NCBI RefSeq assembly: GCF_002803295.2 | Contig: NZ_PGGB02000002.1 | Coordinates: forward strand, 73,476 to 105,475 | Direction: 5' to 3' | DNA length: 32,000 nt | DNA from: Caedibacter taeniospiralis | Lineage (GTDB): Bacteria > Pseudomonadota > Gammaproteobacteria > Francisellales > Francisellaceae | Part shown: positions 10,230 to 21,633 of the stretch, piece after piece | How the letters are laid out: every line of letters begins with the position of its first letter | Numbering within the stretch: the first letter of the stretch is position 1 | The notes under the pieces: generated by a model | Seen by the model: the letters and a program-made list of their open reading frames with translations, nothing else | Databases searched by the model: none | Told to the model about the DNA's origin: nothing | Program-made: the position numbers and the translations under genes

Positions 10230-10949
10230 ATGTATTGTATTGTCGCTAATTTTGGTGATGACAGCATTGCTCTCATACAGCGTGCGTATGAGCTTAGCTT
10301 GTCAGACGTTATTGTGCTATCAGTGGACACAGGGTGGCAGGCAAGCATATGGCAAGCTCGTGTGGATAAGGCTAGTAGCTGGATTAAAGCGCTTGGATTT
10401 ACGCATTATCACTTAAAGCCAGAGCATGATTTTAGTGCGTTAGTTAAGGCACGTAAGCAATTTCCTTCTCAACAATTTCACTGGTGTGCAGGGTTTTTAA
10501 AAGGCATGGCAATACTTAATTGGCTTGAGAAAAATGATGAAAATTTAGAGGCTATCATACTTTTGGCAAACCGCCGATCAATGAGTAAGGCGCAAGCCGA
10601 TTTGCCTTATGAGATAGAGGAATCACAGCGCTATGATGATCGCAAGGTGCGCTATCTTCTGGCGGATATGGGTGAAGACGAGCGTAATCAGTTGATTGCC
10701 AAGACCCCTTTTAAAACGCCATTAAACCACCGCTCACTGGAATGCCAGCCGTGTATTCATTTAACCCAAAGAGACGTGCTGACTTTTTCAGCAAGAGACA
10801 TTAAACGTATCACGGCTTTAGAGCATGAAATTGCACTGCCAATGTTCGATCAGGACTTTGGCGAATATTTAAGCGCTATCAAAAAAAATACTAACTATTA
10901 TGACGAGTTTGCCAAGACCTGTAGTTGGGATTATGGCTGCGGGCTGTAG
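10230..10949 (+). CDS. Phosphoadenosine phosphosulfate reductase-like (adenine nucleotide alpha hydrolase fold) protein
   Basis: MYCIVANFGDDSIALIQRAYE (degenerate PP-loop), VLSVDTGWQ, FHWCAGFLKGMAILNWL, ECQPCIHLTQRDV; starts 2 nt after trpS. Confidence 0.7.
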   Translation: MYCIVANFGDDSIALIQRAYELSLSDVIVLSVDTGWQASIWQARVDKASSWIKALGFTHYHLKPEHDFSALVKARKQFPSQQFHWCAGFLKGMAILNWLEKNDENLEAIILLANRRSMSKAQADLPYEIEESQRYDDRKVRYLLADMGEDERNQLIAKTPFKTPLNHRSLECQPCIHLTQRDVLTFSARDIKRITALEHEIALPMFDQDFGEYLSAIKKNTNYYDEFAKTCSWDYGCGL

Positions 10950-10959
10950 TTGTACTACC

Positions 10960-11829
10960 CTAAAACAAGGCTAGGGTCACTTGAAAATATGTGGCTGTTA
11001 TCGCTTGCCCTATAAACGGATAAAGAATCCCAGTAAGTGCAATTGCAGGTCCAAAAGGAATCAGGTTTTGTTGTTGTTTACGAATAAGGCTTGCGCATAA
11101 AGCAAAAACAATGCCTAACACAGCACTCACAAAAATGAGAAATAATAAACTCTGAAGACCAAACCAGGCGCCAAGTGCTGCCATAAGCTTAAAATCTCCA
11201 TAGCCCATTCCTTCCTTTTTGATTATCCATTTAAAAACCCAAAACACCAGCCATAATATGCCATAGCCTGCGCTTGCACCTAGTATCGCCATTGTGGGGG
11301 TGGTGAAAACAAAAGCACAATTTGCCAAGAGTCCAAGCCATAGTAGTGGCAGCGTTAGCACATCAGGCAACATGAAATGCTTAAGGTCAATCACGACAAG
11401 GGGGATAAGAAAGAAACACAGTACACAAAGTAAGAGGCTAAAAGCGTTAATACCAAAAAACCACAAGATGAACAATATGAGAGCACCACTAAGTATTTCA
11501 ATAATTGGATAAATAGGGGATATTTTATGCTGGCAAAAGGCGCATTTCCCACGTAGAAAAATAAAGCTGAGCACAGGGATGTTATGCCAGGCTTTTAAAG
11601 TGGTGTGGCAGTTTGGGCAAGCGGAGCTTCGGTGAATATTTTCTTGTTGTTGAGTTGCAAGACCTTCGCCATTATTTACGCCAGGTAATTCTTGTGCCTC
11701 ACGTTTGTATTGATCCTCCAGTATTTTAGGCAGGCGTAAAATGACAACATTCAAAAAACTGCCGATACAGACTGCAATAATGGTTGCAAAAGTTAAGAGG
11801 ATTGGCTTTGCGGAAATTAACAGATCCAT
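10960..11829 (-). CDS. pilD: Type IV prepilin peptidase / N-methyltransferase
   Basis: GSFLNVVILRLP, CPNCHTTLKAWHNIPVLSFIFLRGKCAFCQHKISPIYPIIE, DLKHFMLPDVLTLPLLWLG, GMGYGDFKLMAALGAWFG. Confidence 0.97.
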   Translation of the reverse strand: MDLLISAKPILLTFATIIAVCIGSFLNVVILRLPKILEDQYKREAQELPGVNNGEGLATQQQENIHRSSACPNCHTTLKAWHNIPVLSFIFLRGKCAFCQHKISPIYPIIEILSGALILFILWFFGINAFSLLLCVLCFFLIPLVVIDLKHFMLPDVLTLPLLWLGLLANCAFVFTTPTMAILGASAGYGILWLVFWVFKWIIKKEGMGYGDFKLMAALGAWFGLQSLLFLIFVSAVLGIVFALCASLIRKQQQNLIPFGPAIALTGILYPFIGQAITATYFQVTLALF

Positions 11830-12018
11830 AATTTTTAGTGGGCGTCATTGGTTTTACATGAGTATATACACATTCTCAAATCCTAAAACAAAAACTTTGC
11901 CAATTGGCGCTTAACCAGCACCAGATTATCAGATATACTTGCCGATGTTTTCGTTTTTGTGTCGCTAAGAGCATGAAAACATTGTTAAACAAACCATAAA
12001 GTAGATAGTGAGAAAGAT

Positions 12019-13194
12019 ATGAATTTACACGAGTATCAAGCAAAACAGCTTTTTGCTGAATATGGCTTGCCTGTTTCTAAGGGCTATGCTGTTGAAAGTG
12101 TTGAAGAAGCGTTGGTTGCTGTTGATAAAATTGGTGGCGACATGTGGGTTGTTAAGGCACAAGTGCATGCAGGCGGTCGTGGTAAGGCTGGAGGGGTTAA
12201 ACTTGTTTCTAGCAAAGAAGATGTTGCTAAATTTGTGAAAAACATGATGGGTACACGTCTTGTTACTTTCCAAACCGATGAGCATGGTCAACCCGTTAGT
12301 AAAATTCTTATTGAAAGCTGTACTGATATTGCCAAAGAGTTATACCTAAGTGCGGTTGTTGATCGCAGTACACGCCGTATTATTTTTATGGCTTCAACAG
12401 AAGGTGGTGTTGAGATTGAAGAAGTAGCCGCTCACACGCCGCACAAAATCTTTAAAGAAATTATTGATCCTGTGGTCGGTGCGCAACCCTATCAAGCGCG
12501 CAAAATCGCATTTAAGCTCGGATTAGAGGGTAATCAGATCAAGCAATTTACTAAGATTTTCTTAGGTCTTGCTAGAATGTTTGAGGAAAAAGACCTTGAT
12601 CTTTTAGAAATCAACCCTTTGGTGATCACCAAGGAGGGTAATTTACACTGTTTAGATGCTAAGGTTTCGGTAGACAATAATGCCTTATTTCGTCAGCAGC
12701 AATTAGCTGAATGGCGTGATTTGACTCAGGAAGATGAGCGTGAGGCGCGCGCTGCCGAATGGGAGCTTAACTATGTTGCCTTAGAGGGTGATATCGGCTG
12801 CATGGTCAATGGCGCGGGGCTTGCAATGGCCACAATGGACATCGTTAAACTGCACGGAGGGCGTCCTGCGAACTTCCTGGATGTTGGCGGTGGCGCGACC
12901 AAAGAGCGTGTGTCGGAAGCGTTTAAAATTATTCTATCTGATTCAGCGGTTAAGGGTGTATTTGTGAATATCTTTGGTGGAATCGTACGTTGTGACATGA
13001 TTGCTGAAGGAATTATGGCTGCGGTTGAAGAAGTTGGTGTTAAGGTGCCTGTGGTTGTGCGTCTAGCGGGAACCAATGCGGAACTGGGTGCCAAGAAATT
13101 AAAAGAAAGTGGTTTAAACATTATTGCAGCAGGTGGTTTTACCGATGGTGCGAAGAAAATCATTGAAGCAGTTAAAGAGGTAACTCACGTATGA
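12019..13194 (+). CDS. sucC: ADP-forming succinate--CoA ligase subunit beta
   Basis: [24 protein letters not shown]; [18 protein letters not shown]; [19 protein letters not shown]; [17 protein letters not shown]. Confidence 0.98.
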   Translation: MNLHEYQAKQLFAEYGLPVSKGYAVESVEEALVAVDKIGGDMWVVKAQVHAGGRGKAGGVKLVSSKEDVAKFVKNMMGTRLVTFQTDEHGQPVSKILIESCTDIAKELYLSAVVDRSTRRIIFMASTEGGVEIEEVAAHTPHKIFKEIIDPVVGAQPYQARKIAFKLGLEGNQIKQFTKIFLGLARMFEEKDLDLLEINPLVITKEGNLHCLDAKVSVDNNALFRQQQLAEWRDLTQEDEREARAAEWELNYVALEGDIGCMVNGAGLAMATMDIVKLHGGRPANFLDVGGGATKERVSEAFKIILSDSAVKGVFVNIFGGIVRCDMIAEGIMAAVEEVGVKVPVVVRLAGTNAELGAKKLKESGLNIIAAGGFTDGAKKIIEAVKEVTHV

Positions 13195-14075
13195 GCGTTT
13201 TAGTTAATAAGAACACAAAAGTTATTTGCCAGGGCTTCACAGGTAAGCAGGGCACGTTTCATTCTGAACAAGCGATTGCCTATGGCACAAAAATGGTTGG
13301 CGGTGTGACACCTGGCAAAGGGGGCACGACGCATTTGGATTTGCCTGTATTTAACACGGTACAAGAAGCCGCTGATGCGGTAAAGCCTGATGCAACGGTC
13401 ATTTATGTCCCAGCCCCATTTTGTAAGGACTCAATCATTGAAGCCGCTGATGCGGGCATTAAGCTCATCGTGTGTATTACCGAAGGGATTCCTGTGATGG
13501 ATATGCTTGAAACTAAGGTTTATGTGGAGCGCTCAGGTTCTCGTTTAATCGGTCCAAACTGTCCAGGTGTGATTACGCCTGGTGAGTGTAAAATCGGTAT
13601 TATGCCAGGCAATATCCATATGCCAGGAAAAGTGGGTATCGTGTCACGTTCTGGTACTTTGACTTACGAGGCAGTTAATCAAACGACCGCTTTGGGCTTT
13701 GGTCAGTCAACCTGTATCGGTATTGGTGGCGATCCCATTCCAGGCACTAATTTTATCGATGCACTTGCCTTGTTTCAGAATGATCCGCAAACTGAGGCGA
13801 TCATTATGGTCGGTGAGATCGGTGGTTCAGCTGAAGAAGAAGCCGCTGCATACATCAAGAAGCATGTAACAAAACCTGTTGTATCTTATATTGCAGGTGT
13901 TACGGCCCCAGCGGGCAAACGCATGGGGCACGCGGGAGCGATCATCTCTGGTGGCAAGGGGACTGCTGCGGAGAAATTTGCAGCCCTTGAAGCTGCGGGC
14001 GTTGCCGTAAGCAAATCCCCAGCTGAGATGGGTAAAGTCCTCAAAGAAATTACGGGGTGGATGGTTCCTGCCTGA
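13191..14075 (+). CDS. sucD: Succinate--CoA ligase subunit alpha
   Basis: [81 protein letters not shown]. Confidence 0.98.
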   Translation: MSVLVNKNTKVICQGFTGKQGTFHSEQAIAYGTKMVGGVTPGKGGTTHLDLPVFNTVQEAADAVKPDATVIYVPAPFCKDSIIEAADAGIKLIVCITEGIPVMDMLETKVYVERSGSRLIGPNCPGVITPGECKIGIMPGNIHMPGKVGIVSRSGTLTYEAVNQTTALGFGQSTCIGIGGDPIPGTNFIDALALFQNDPQTEAIIMVGEIGGSAEEEAAAYIKKHVTKPVVSYIAGVTAPAGKRMGHAGAIISGGKGTAAEKFAALEAAGVAVSKSPAEMGKVLKEITGWMVPA

Positions 14076-14115
14076 TTTTTGCATTGGGTTGATCTAAATT
14101 TTAGGAGAATAATCT

Positions 14116-14566
14116 ATGACCAGTACACTTTATGAGAAAGACTTCTACGCTTGGACCATGCAAACAGTAAAGGCATTGCGGGAAAGAGCATTTGATAATC
14201 TAGATATAGACCACTTAGCTGAGGAAGTGGAAAGCATGGGTAAGAGTGATTTTAGAGAGTTAAAAAAATCGTTTAATTGTGCTTATTGCGCACTTATTGG
14301 GGTGGGAATATCAAGAAAATCAAAGAAGCTCAAGTTGGCAAGGAACTATCAGAGAACAGCGTAACTCGATAGAAGATGTGCTGGAAGATAGTCCAAGCTT
14401 ATATCGATTAATTGAAGGATTAATGACTGAAGATAGGTTGTATATTCGCGCAGTGAACATTGCCGCTTTGGAAACAGGCATAGCTAAGAAAGCATTTCCA
14501 GAGCACTGTCCTTATAGCGTGACTCAACTAATGGACCACGATTTCTTGCCTGTGGATTTACAGTAA
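14116..14566 (+). pseudogene. DUF29-family protein gene, split into two frames by a 1-nt insertion
   Basis: Frame 1: MTSTLYEKDFYAWTMQTVKALRERAFDNLDIDHLAEEVESMGKSDFRELKK. Frame 2: LIAHLLGWEYQENQRSSSWQGTIREQRNSIEDVLEDSPSLYRLIEGLMTEDRLYIRAVNIAALETGI. Removing the T at 14269 after A7 gives a continuous ...ELKKRLIVLIAHLLGW.... Either a pseudogene or a sequencing/assembly error. Confidence 0.75.
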
Positions 14567-15484
14567 ATCTAAAAGCTTACTGCATTCCCGATCATAAGGC
14601 GCTTCAAAGTAAATCTCTTCTGTTGTTTTAGGATCTTTGAAGGAGAGTCTTGCCGAATGTAAAAACAGGCGATTAAAACCTTTGCTGATAAGTCCTTGAT
14701 CCTTTGCTTCAACACCATATTTTTTATCGCATACAATCGGGTGATCAAATGCCGTAAGGTGCACGCGGATCTGATGCGTTCTACCCGTATGGGGTATGGC
14801 TTCAACCAGGGTGTAATCGTCGAATTTTTGCAAAATGCGTACACTGGTCAATGCTTCTTTCCCATCGAGTTTGTCAACGCGCACGATACGCTCGCCATGC
14901 GGGAGTAAATGACGCTTTAATGGTAAGTCAATCTGTTTGATTTTATTTGACCAGTTGCCATGAACCAGGGCGTGATAGGTTTTTTGCACTTCGCGTTTTT
15001 TTAGTGCTTCATGGAAGTAAGTTAAAATGCTGTATTTTTTGGCGATAATCATGCAACCCGAGGTTTCTTTATCCAAGCGGTGTGCCAGTTCCAGTTTCTT
15101 GGCGTGGGGACGCAATTGCCTTAGGCGTTCAATGAGTCCTGAGGTGACTCCAGAGCCGCCATGCACGGCAATGCCACAAGGCTTGTTGATAATCATATAG
15201 TCATCGTTTTCAAATAGAATTAAAGATTCTAAGAAAGACAGATGATCGTCACTCACCCTAATAATGGCGTCTTCTTCCAAAGTAAAGGGGGGAATGCGTA
15301 CGATGTCTCCAGCACTCACACGATAAGTTTGCTTAACGCGTTTTTTATTAACCCGCAACTCACCCTTCCTAAGCCATCGGTAGATTAGAGTTTTAGGGAG
15401 TTTGCTGAATTGACCCATCAGAAAATTATCAATGCGCTGACCGTTTCGATCTTCATCAACATTAAGGTATTGAACGCCTGCCAT
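14558..15484 (-). CDS. rluC: 23S rRNA pseudouridine synthase, RluC/RluD family
   Basis: N-terminal S4 domain (GQRIDNFLMGQFSKLPKTLIYRWLRKGELRVNKKRV); catalytic LELAHRLDKETSGCMIIAKK; HPIVCDKKYG. Confidence 0.9.
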   Translation of the reverse strand: MAGVQYLNVDEDRNGQRIDNFLMGQFSKLPKTLIYRWLRKGELRVNKKRVKQTYRVSAGDIVRIPPFTLEEDAIIRVSDDHLSFLESLILFENDDYMIINKPCGIAVHGGSGVTSGLIERLRQLRPHAKKLELAHRLDKETSGCMIIAKKYSILTYFHEALKKREVQKTYHALVHGNWSNKIKQIDLPLKRHLLPHGERIVRVDKLDGKEALTSVRILQKFDDYTLVEAIPHTGRTHQIRVHLTAFDHPIVCDKKYGVEAKDQGLISKGFNRLFLHSARLSFKDPKTTEEIYFEAPYDRECSKLLDLL

Positions 15485-15531
15485 ATTAAAATTCCATTAA
15501 ACAAACGATGAATGCAATACGAGGCTGTCCT

Positions 15532-15951
15532 TTACGCTTGAACACAGGCTGAACACCTTTTAATCAGACTCATAATGATTTCATTTCGTTGATCATCCGT
15601 ATAAGGCTTAAACTGTTGTTTTCCCCACACCACATCAGGCCAGCAAAAATCATCCTGCTTTCGACCCACCACGTGAATGTGCATTTGTGAGACGACATTG
15701 CCAATCGTAGCGATATTAATTTTATCGACCTTAAGTTCTGTTTTAAGAAATGCCGATAAGGCACTGACCAGTTTATTAAGCCTGATTTGCATGACTTCTT
15801 CGAGCTCAAACCATTCTGTCAGCTGAACTTTTGGGATAAGCAAAAACCATGGCACAAGCGCGTTGTTAGACAGTCGAAGCTCAATGTCACCCAGGTCTTT
15901 GATTAAGCTACTGGTTTCCGCTAAGCGCCTATCGAGCTTGAAATTGTTCAT
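15532..15951 (-). CDS. HIT (histidine triad) family protein
   Basis: KINIATIGNVVSQMHIHVVGRKQDDFCWPDVVWG. Confidence 0.9.
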   Translation of the reverse strand: MNNFKLDRRLAETSSLIKDLGDIELRLSNNALVPWFLLIPKVQLTEWFELEEVMQIRLNKLVSALSAFLKTELKVDKINIATIGNVVSQMHIHVVGRKQDDFCWPDVVWGKQQFKPYTDDQRNEIIMSLIKRCSACVQA

Positions 15952-16693
15952 ATACGTGTCTCATCTTTTCTAAGTCTGCCAAAGTGTCAATTCCTGGGGG
16001 AGTTTTGGCGTTTGCTGTGGCGATCGCAATCTTTTGATCATGCCACAGTACGCGTAGCTGCTCTAGAGACTCAATTTGTTCAAGCGGGCTCTTGGTCATT
16101 TGCGTATATGTTTTTAAAAAGCCTGCACGATAGGCATATAAACCAATATGGCGGTAGTGATCACCTGGATTAATTTTGTTTTGATCAAACACTCCTCTCT
16201 GCCAGGGAATGGGCGCGCGTGAAAAATACAGGGCAAACCCGTGGTGATTGAATACCACCTTAACACAATTTGGATCGTGCACTTCTGATTCATCTGTGAT
16301 TTGCTCGCACAAAGTTGACATGACTGCCGCAGGCTTATTGATGAGTAAATCAGTCGCTTGAATGACATTTGCAACAGGAATCAATGGCTCATCACCCTGA
16401 ATGTTCACGACAATGTCATCATCTGCTATTGAAAGTTTTTCGATCGCCTCAGCCAGGCGATCCGTGCCTGACGGATGATCAGCGCGTGTCAAACACACTT
16501 GAGCTCCAAAGCTTTCGGCAACTTTTCTAATTTCTTCACTATCTGTCGCAATGACAACCTGGTCGAACTGACATTGGACTGCCCGATGATAGACATGCTC
16601 AATAATGGGTTTTCCCGCCAAATCAAGCAGTAATTTATTGGCAAGTCTTGTGGATTTCAGGCGTGCTGGAATAATAATGTGTCGCTTAATCAT
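15929..16693 (-). CDS. kdsB: 3-deoxy-manno-octulosonate cytidylyltransferase
   Basis: IIIPARLKSTRLANKLLLDLAGKPIIEHVYHRA, VQGDEPLI, LYAYRAGFLKTY, LEQLRVLW. Confidence 0.97.
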   Translation of the reverse strand: MIKRHIIIPARLKSTRLANKLLLDLAGKPIIEHVYHRAVQCQFDQVVIATDSEEIRKVAESFGAQVCLTRADHPSGTDRLAEAIEKLSIADDDIVVNIQGDEPLIPVANVIQATDLLINKPAAVMSTLCEQITDESEVHDPNCVKVVFNHHGFALYFSRAPIPWQRGVFDQNKINPGDHYRHIGLYAYRAGFLKTYTQMTKSPLEQIESLEQLRVLWHDQKIAIATANAKTPPGIDTLADLEKMRHVYEQFQAR

Positions 16694-16874
16694 ATTGTTT
16701 TACTTCTTCAAGCGTTAATTTTCTGGCTTCTTCAATCAGCATTCTTGGAACCTCATCGATAATGGGGTAAGCCAACTTATCCGCTTTACACACAAGCTGC
16801 CTGTTTTTCTTGTCATAAATTACATGAGATTGACACACAGGACATACTAAAATACTCAATAGATTTTGATCCAT
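16686..16874 (-). CDS. Trm112-like zinc-ribbon protein (YcaR family); the ORF extends to 16943 but the start is more likely at 16874
   Basis: MDQNLLSILVCPVCQSHVIYDKKNRQLVCKADKLAYPIIDEVPRMLIEEAR. The upstream 23 residues overlap the TusA-like gene and are not family-like. Confidence 0.9.
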   Translation of the reverse strand: MDQNLLSILVCPVCQSHVIYDKKNRQLVCKADKLAYPIIDEVPRMLIEEARKLTLEEVKQYD

Positions 16875-16878
16875 ACTC

Positions 16879-17103
16879 TTAGGCCTTAATGATAAAGATA
16901 AACTCGTTGTTTTCTTCAAATTGCTCCACAATAACGTATTCATTAATCCTGCACCAGGCAGGAATATCGTGTTTCACCCCAGGGTCGGTACAAATGACCC
17001 TTAAATGTTCACCTGTATTCATTTTCTTCAACGCATTCTGCGTCTTAATCACGGGCATTGGGCACAATAAGCGCCGTAAATCTAACTCAATCTCAATGCT
17101 CAT
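16879..17103 (-). CDS. TusA-family sulfurtransferase (SirA-like)
   Basis: MSIEIELDLRRLLCPMPVIKTQNALKKMNTGEHLRVICTDPGVKHDIPAWC; conserved CPxP motif. Confidence 0.9.
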   Translation of the reverse strand: MSIEIELDLRRLLCPMPVIKTQNALKKMNTGEHLRVICTDPGVKHDIPAWCRINEYVIVEQFEENNEFIFIIKA

Positions 17104-18179
17104 TAGATATACCACGTTTCGTCGATTTCATCGACTGTAAAAGGTTTGACTGTATGATCGCGCATGACACCGTCAGGATAACTAAAGCGTAAGCTCACCT
17201 CATCCGCATCACGTCCTTGTGAGAAGCGGGCAATAATTTTAGCTACAAAAGCCTCATCTTTGGAAGTAAACTGACCGTCGATCAAAGTCAGTGGTCCTCC
17301 ATGGCTTTCAACCGTGGCGCTTGGGAACTGATGCTTATAGCCATTTAAGAAATTACTCTCACCTTCTTCACGCGCAATAATGAGTTTAAACTCAGGCTTT
17401 GGACGCAGGTGCCTGCCTATTTTCAATAGCATAATATCATCAAAATCATAGTCGCGCTCGCCATTACGTCCTTTCCATAAATCCACCAGTTTATCCGAGT
17501 ATTGCTTATCGGTTAAAAAGCAGCAGCCACCAGCTCGGGTCGCGTAATCCACAAAACCATAATCTTTGGCTAACTCAAATTGAGGTGTGCGACTTCTGCC
17601 ATGAAAACCAAATAATTGCTCACGCTTAACCCAGCCTTCACGTTCAGGTTTTGTCTCTGGCAGATTCTTAGCACATAAAGGACGCAGTAATAAATCATCA
17701 ATGCCCGATTGTTTTTGAATAACTGGCATCGTATCTTTGCGCTGTGACATGGGGCGTTGCCCAATTACCTCACCTGTGATAATAAAATCAAAGCCGTTTT
17801 CAAGCGCCCACTCTTTGGCTTTTTTGACCATAAATATTTTGCAATCCAGGCATGGATTCATATTGGCGCCATAGCCATATTTTGGATTTAACAGCACATC
17901 CTTATATTCTTCGATGACGTCAATAATGTGAAGCTTTATACCCAACTGTTCGGCAACCCACAACGCATTATTGCGCTTTTGTCTCGCGTGATCTTTTTTA
18001 CGAATGGCATGTGTGTGCCCCTCGACACAAAATCCGGTGAAAAAATTAATACCTTCAACGTGAATGCCTTGATCAAGAACCACTTTGGTCGCAAGCATAG
18101 AGTCTAAGCCCCCTGAAATAAGCGAAACAGCCTTGTACTGTTTTTTAGCTGGGGAGTCAGAGGAGTTAGATAATGTCAT
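17103..18179 (-). CDS. PP-loop ATPase, MnmA/ThiI-like (often annotated tRNA 2-thiouridylate-like protein)
   Basis: SLISGGLDSMLATKVV (PP-loop), NPCLDCKIFMVKKA, FIITGEVIGQRPMSQRKDTM, GGCCFLTDKQ; partially overlaps the start of the TusA-like CDS. Confidence 0.8.
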   Translation of the reverse strand: MTLSNSSDSPAKKQYKAVSLISGGLDSMLATKVVLDQGIHVEGINFFTGFCVEGHTHAIRKKDHARQKRNNALWVAEQLGIKLHIIDVIEEYKDVLLNPKYGYGANMNPCLDCKIFMVKKAKEWALENGFDFIITGEVIGQRPMSQRKDTMPVIQKQSGIDDLLLRPLCAKNLPETKPEREGWVKREQLFGFHGRSRTPQFELAKDYGFVDYATRAGGCCFLTDKQYSDKLVDLWKGRNGERDYDFDDIMLLKIGRHLRPKPEFKLIIAREEGESNFLNGYKHQFPSATVESHGGPLTLIDGQFTSKDEAFVAKIIARFSQGRDADEVSLRFSYPDGVMRDHTVKPFTVDEIDETWYI

Positions 18180-18277
18180 TTACTTTATATTTTGAATCTT
18201 AAAATTTGGCACATTGTACGCGCTATGAGTGATTTTTTCAGCATTCAAATACAATTTTATCTTCATTTTTTGTCGTA

Positions 18278-19579
<1,302 letters not shown>

Positions 19580-19725
19580 TTACTTTGCTAATTAAGCTAG
19601 CATGTTAAAGATTTTTGAGAAACTTGACAAATGAAATGCTTGTTTTTATTGAATAACCCCAGTCATTAAGTTGGAGAACCCTAAGTCCTAATGGCACTAA
19701 AGTCCGACAATGGACTGAAAGATTG

Positions 19726-21243
19726 TCATTTCTTGGCGCTCATTTCAGCAATTTTCGTCTTCCATTCCATGGGTCCTGTGTGGTGTACTGATATTCCCTG
19801 GCTGTCAACTGCAACGGTAACAGGCATATCTTCTACTTCAAACTCATAAATTGCTTCCATGCCCAAATCCTCAAACCCCACGACTTTTGCCTGGCGAATT
19901 GATTTAGAAATCAGATAGGCAGCACCTCCCACTGCCATTAAATAAACAGCTTTGTGTTTTTTAATCGAATCAATGGTTGTTTGCCCGCGTTCTGCTTTAC
20001 CTACCATGCCAGCAATACCAACACTGCCTAACATAAAATCGGTGAACTTATCCATACGTGTCGCCGTTGTGGGACCAGCAGGACCCGCAACCTCATCACC
20101 AACGGGATCAACAGGACCCACATAATAGATAAACTTACCTTTTAAATCGACAGCTAATGGCTCGCCATTTTGCACCATATCTACGATACGGTTATGTGCG
20201 GCATCTCGCCCCGTTAATAATTTGCCATTGAGCAACAACGTTTCCCCTGGTTTTAAGTTTTCAATCTCCTTTTGGGTAATCGTGTTTAAATCAATTCTTC
20301 TGACTTGTGATTTATCTGTTTCTGTGATGACTGGCCAGTCTTCTAGTTTCGGCACAGGTAATTTCGCGATGCCTGAGCCATCCAGGCTAAAGCGAACATG
20401 CCTTGTGGCAGCACAGTTTGGAATTAACGCAACGGGCTTACATGCTGCATGGGTTGGGTATTCATGAATTTTCACATCTAACACGGTTGTTAGCCCACCC
20501 AAGCCTTGCGCACCGATACCCAAGGCATTAATCCTGTGATAAAGCTCAACACGCAGTTTCTCAAGCTCGGTTTGTGCGCCACGTTCAAGAATCTCGTGCA
20601 TGTTGATTTCTTCGCCCAAAGACTCTTTTGCCAAAAGCATTGCTTTTTCTGCTGTACCTCCAATCCCAATGCCAACAATACCAGGCGGACACCATCCAGC
20701 ACCCATTGTTGGTACCGTTTCAATTACCCAATCAACAATGCTGTCACTTGGGTTTAACACCTTAAATTTAGATTTAAATTCAGAACCGCCGCCTTTTGCC
20801 GCAAGCTCAATATCAATATTTGACCCAGGCACCATATCGATATGTACGATGGCTGGTGTATTATCTTTGGTATTTTTGCGCGCACCATGTGGTGGACTCA
20901 CCATGGATGCTCTTAATGGATTCTCTGTGTTTAAATAGGCACGGCGCACGCCTTCATTGACAAGCTCTGTAATGGTGCGATCGGTGTGATCAAGCCGTGC
21001 TTCCATCCCGACTTTAACAAAAGCACACACCATACCTGTGTCCTGACAAATGGGTCTATGACCATAGGCAGCCATCCGTGAATTTATCAAGATCTGACCA
21101 ATAGCATCTTTGGCAGGTTTTGATTCCTCGTGCTGATACGCACGATACATCGCCTGTACAAAGTCTTTAGGGTGATAATAGGAAATGAATTGCAATCCAT
21201 CGGCAACGCTTTGAATAAAATCTTCTACTTTAATAACTGACAT
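19726..21243 (-). CDS. fumA: Class I (iron-sulfur) fumarate hydratase; the ORF extends to 21531 but the start is more likely at 21243
   Basis: MSVIKVEDFIQSVADGLQFISYYHPKDFV, PICQDTGMVCAFVKVG, GSEFKSKFKVLNPSDS, MGAGWCPPGIVGIGIGGTAEKAMLLAKESL. Symbol denotes class; fumA versus fumB is not resolvable. Confidence 0.93.
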   Translation of the reverse strand: MSVIKVEDFIQSVADGLQFISYYHPKDFVQAMYRAYQHEESKPAKDAIGQILINSRMAAYGHRPICQDTGMVCAFVKVGMEARLDHTDRTITELVNEGVRRAYLNTENPLRASMVSPPHGARKNTKDNTPAIVHIDMVPGSNIDIELAAKGGGSEFKSKFKVLNPSDSIVDWVIETVPTMGAGWCPPGIVGIGIGGTAEKAMLLAKESLGEEINMHEILERGAQTELEKLRVELYHRINALGIGAQGLGGLTTVLDVKIHEYPTHAACKPVALIPNCAATRHVRFSLDGSGIAKLPVPKLEDWPVITETDKSQVRRIDLNTITQKEIENLKPGETLLLNGKLLTGRDAAHNRIVDMVQNGEPLAVDLKGKFIYYVGPVDPVGDEVAGPAGPTTATRMDKFTDFMLGSVGIAGMVGKAERGQTTIDSIKKHKAVYLMAVGGAAYLISKSIRQAKVVGFEDLGMEAIYEFEVEDMPVTVAVDSQGISVHHTGPMEWKTKIAEMSAKK

Positions 21244-21633
21244 ACAAATGCCTCTATTGGTTAAACTTCGCGGCATTTTAGCAATTATTATTGCTAAGTG
21301 CGACTGCCAAAAGACGAGAACAATTTCGTCCATGGCGTATTGCATACGTCTTTGCAGCGAGAAATAAAGGTAATGATCGAAAAAAGTGTTATTAATCACA
21401 AGACGCAACAAATAAGCTGATTTACCTGTTAGAAACCTGGACTTGCGACAATCTCGCGACAAAACTTGTGACACTTGTTTCTGCAATAAAAGAGCCTTGC
21501 AAAATAATTCTGGTATTGCTGGCGCTAACATTTAGATAAATGTGCAAATACCGATAAACATACTTTATACTTTGGCAAGATGGCATTAGAATCTCCACCA
21601 CAATTAAGAAAATGTCAAGCCGTTCTCATTACA

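Noticed and set aside
12025-14084. Minus-strand ORFs antisense to sucC/sucD (12025-12291, 12771-13163, 13827-14084)
   Set aside because: Shadow ORFs fully inside strongly supported genes; low-complexity, non-protein-like translations.
14262-14269. Programmed +1 ribosomal frameshift in the DUF29-like gene
   Set aside because: An A7 run is present but there is no recognisable +1 signal (rare/stop codon in the A site) or downstream structure. A simple indel is the more economical explanation.
15532-15951. HIT protein with QMHIHVV rather than a full HxHxH triad
   Set aside because: The GNVV-x-Q-x-H-x-H pattern with the following W(P)xxVWG is typical of a known HIT subfamily, so it is not an anomaly.
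16875-16943. N-terminal extension of the Trm112-like ORF
   Set aside because: It overlaps the TusA-like gene in another frame, and the family start MDQNLLSILVCPVC is at 16874.
19680-19722. Possible terminator hairpin agtcc-gacaat-ggact downstream of the fumarase gene
   Set aside because: Only a 5-bp stem and no proper U-tract; not strong enough to call.
21244-21531. N-terminal extension of the fumarase ORF (MLAPAIPELFCKALLL...)
   Set aside because: Family homology begins at MSVIKVEDF (21243); the extension is likely noncoding upstream sequence.
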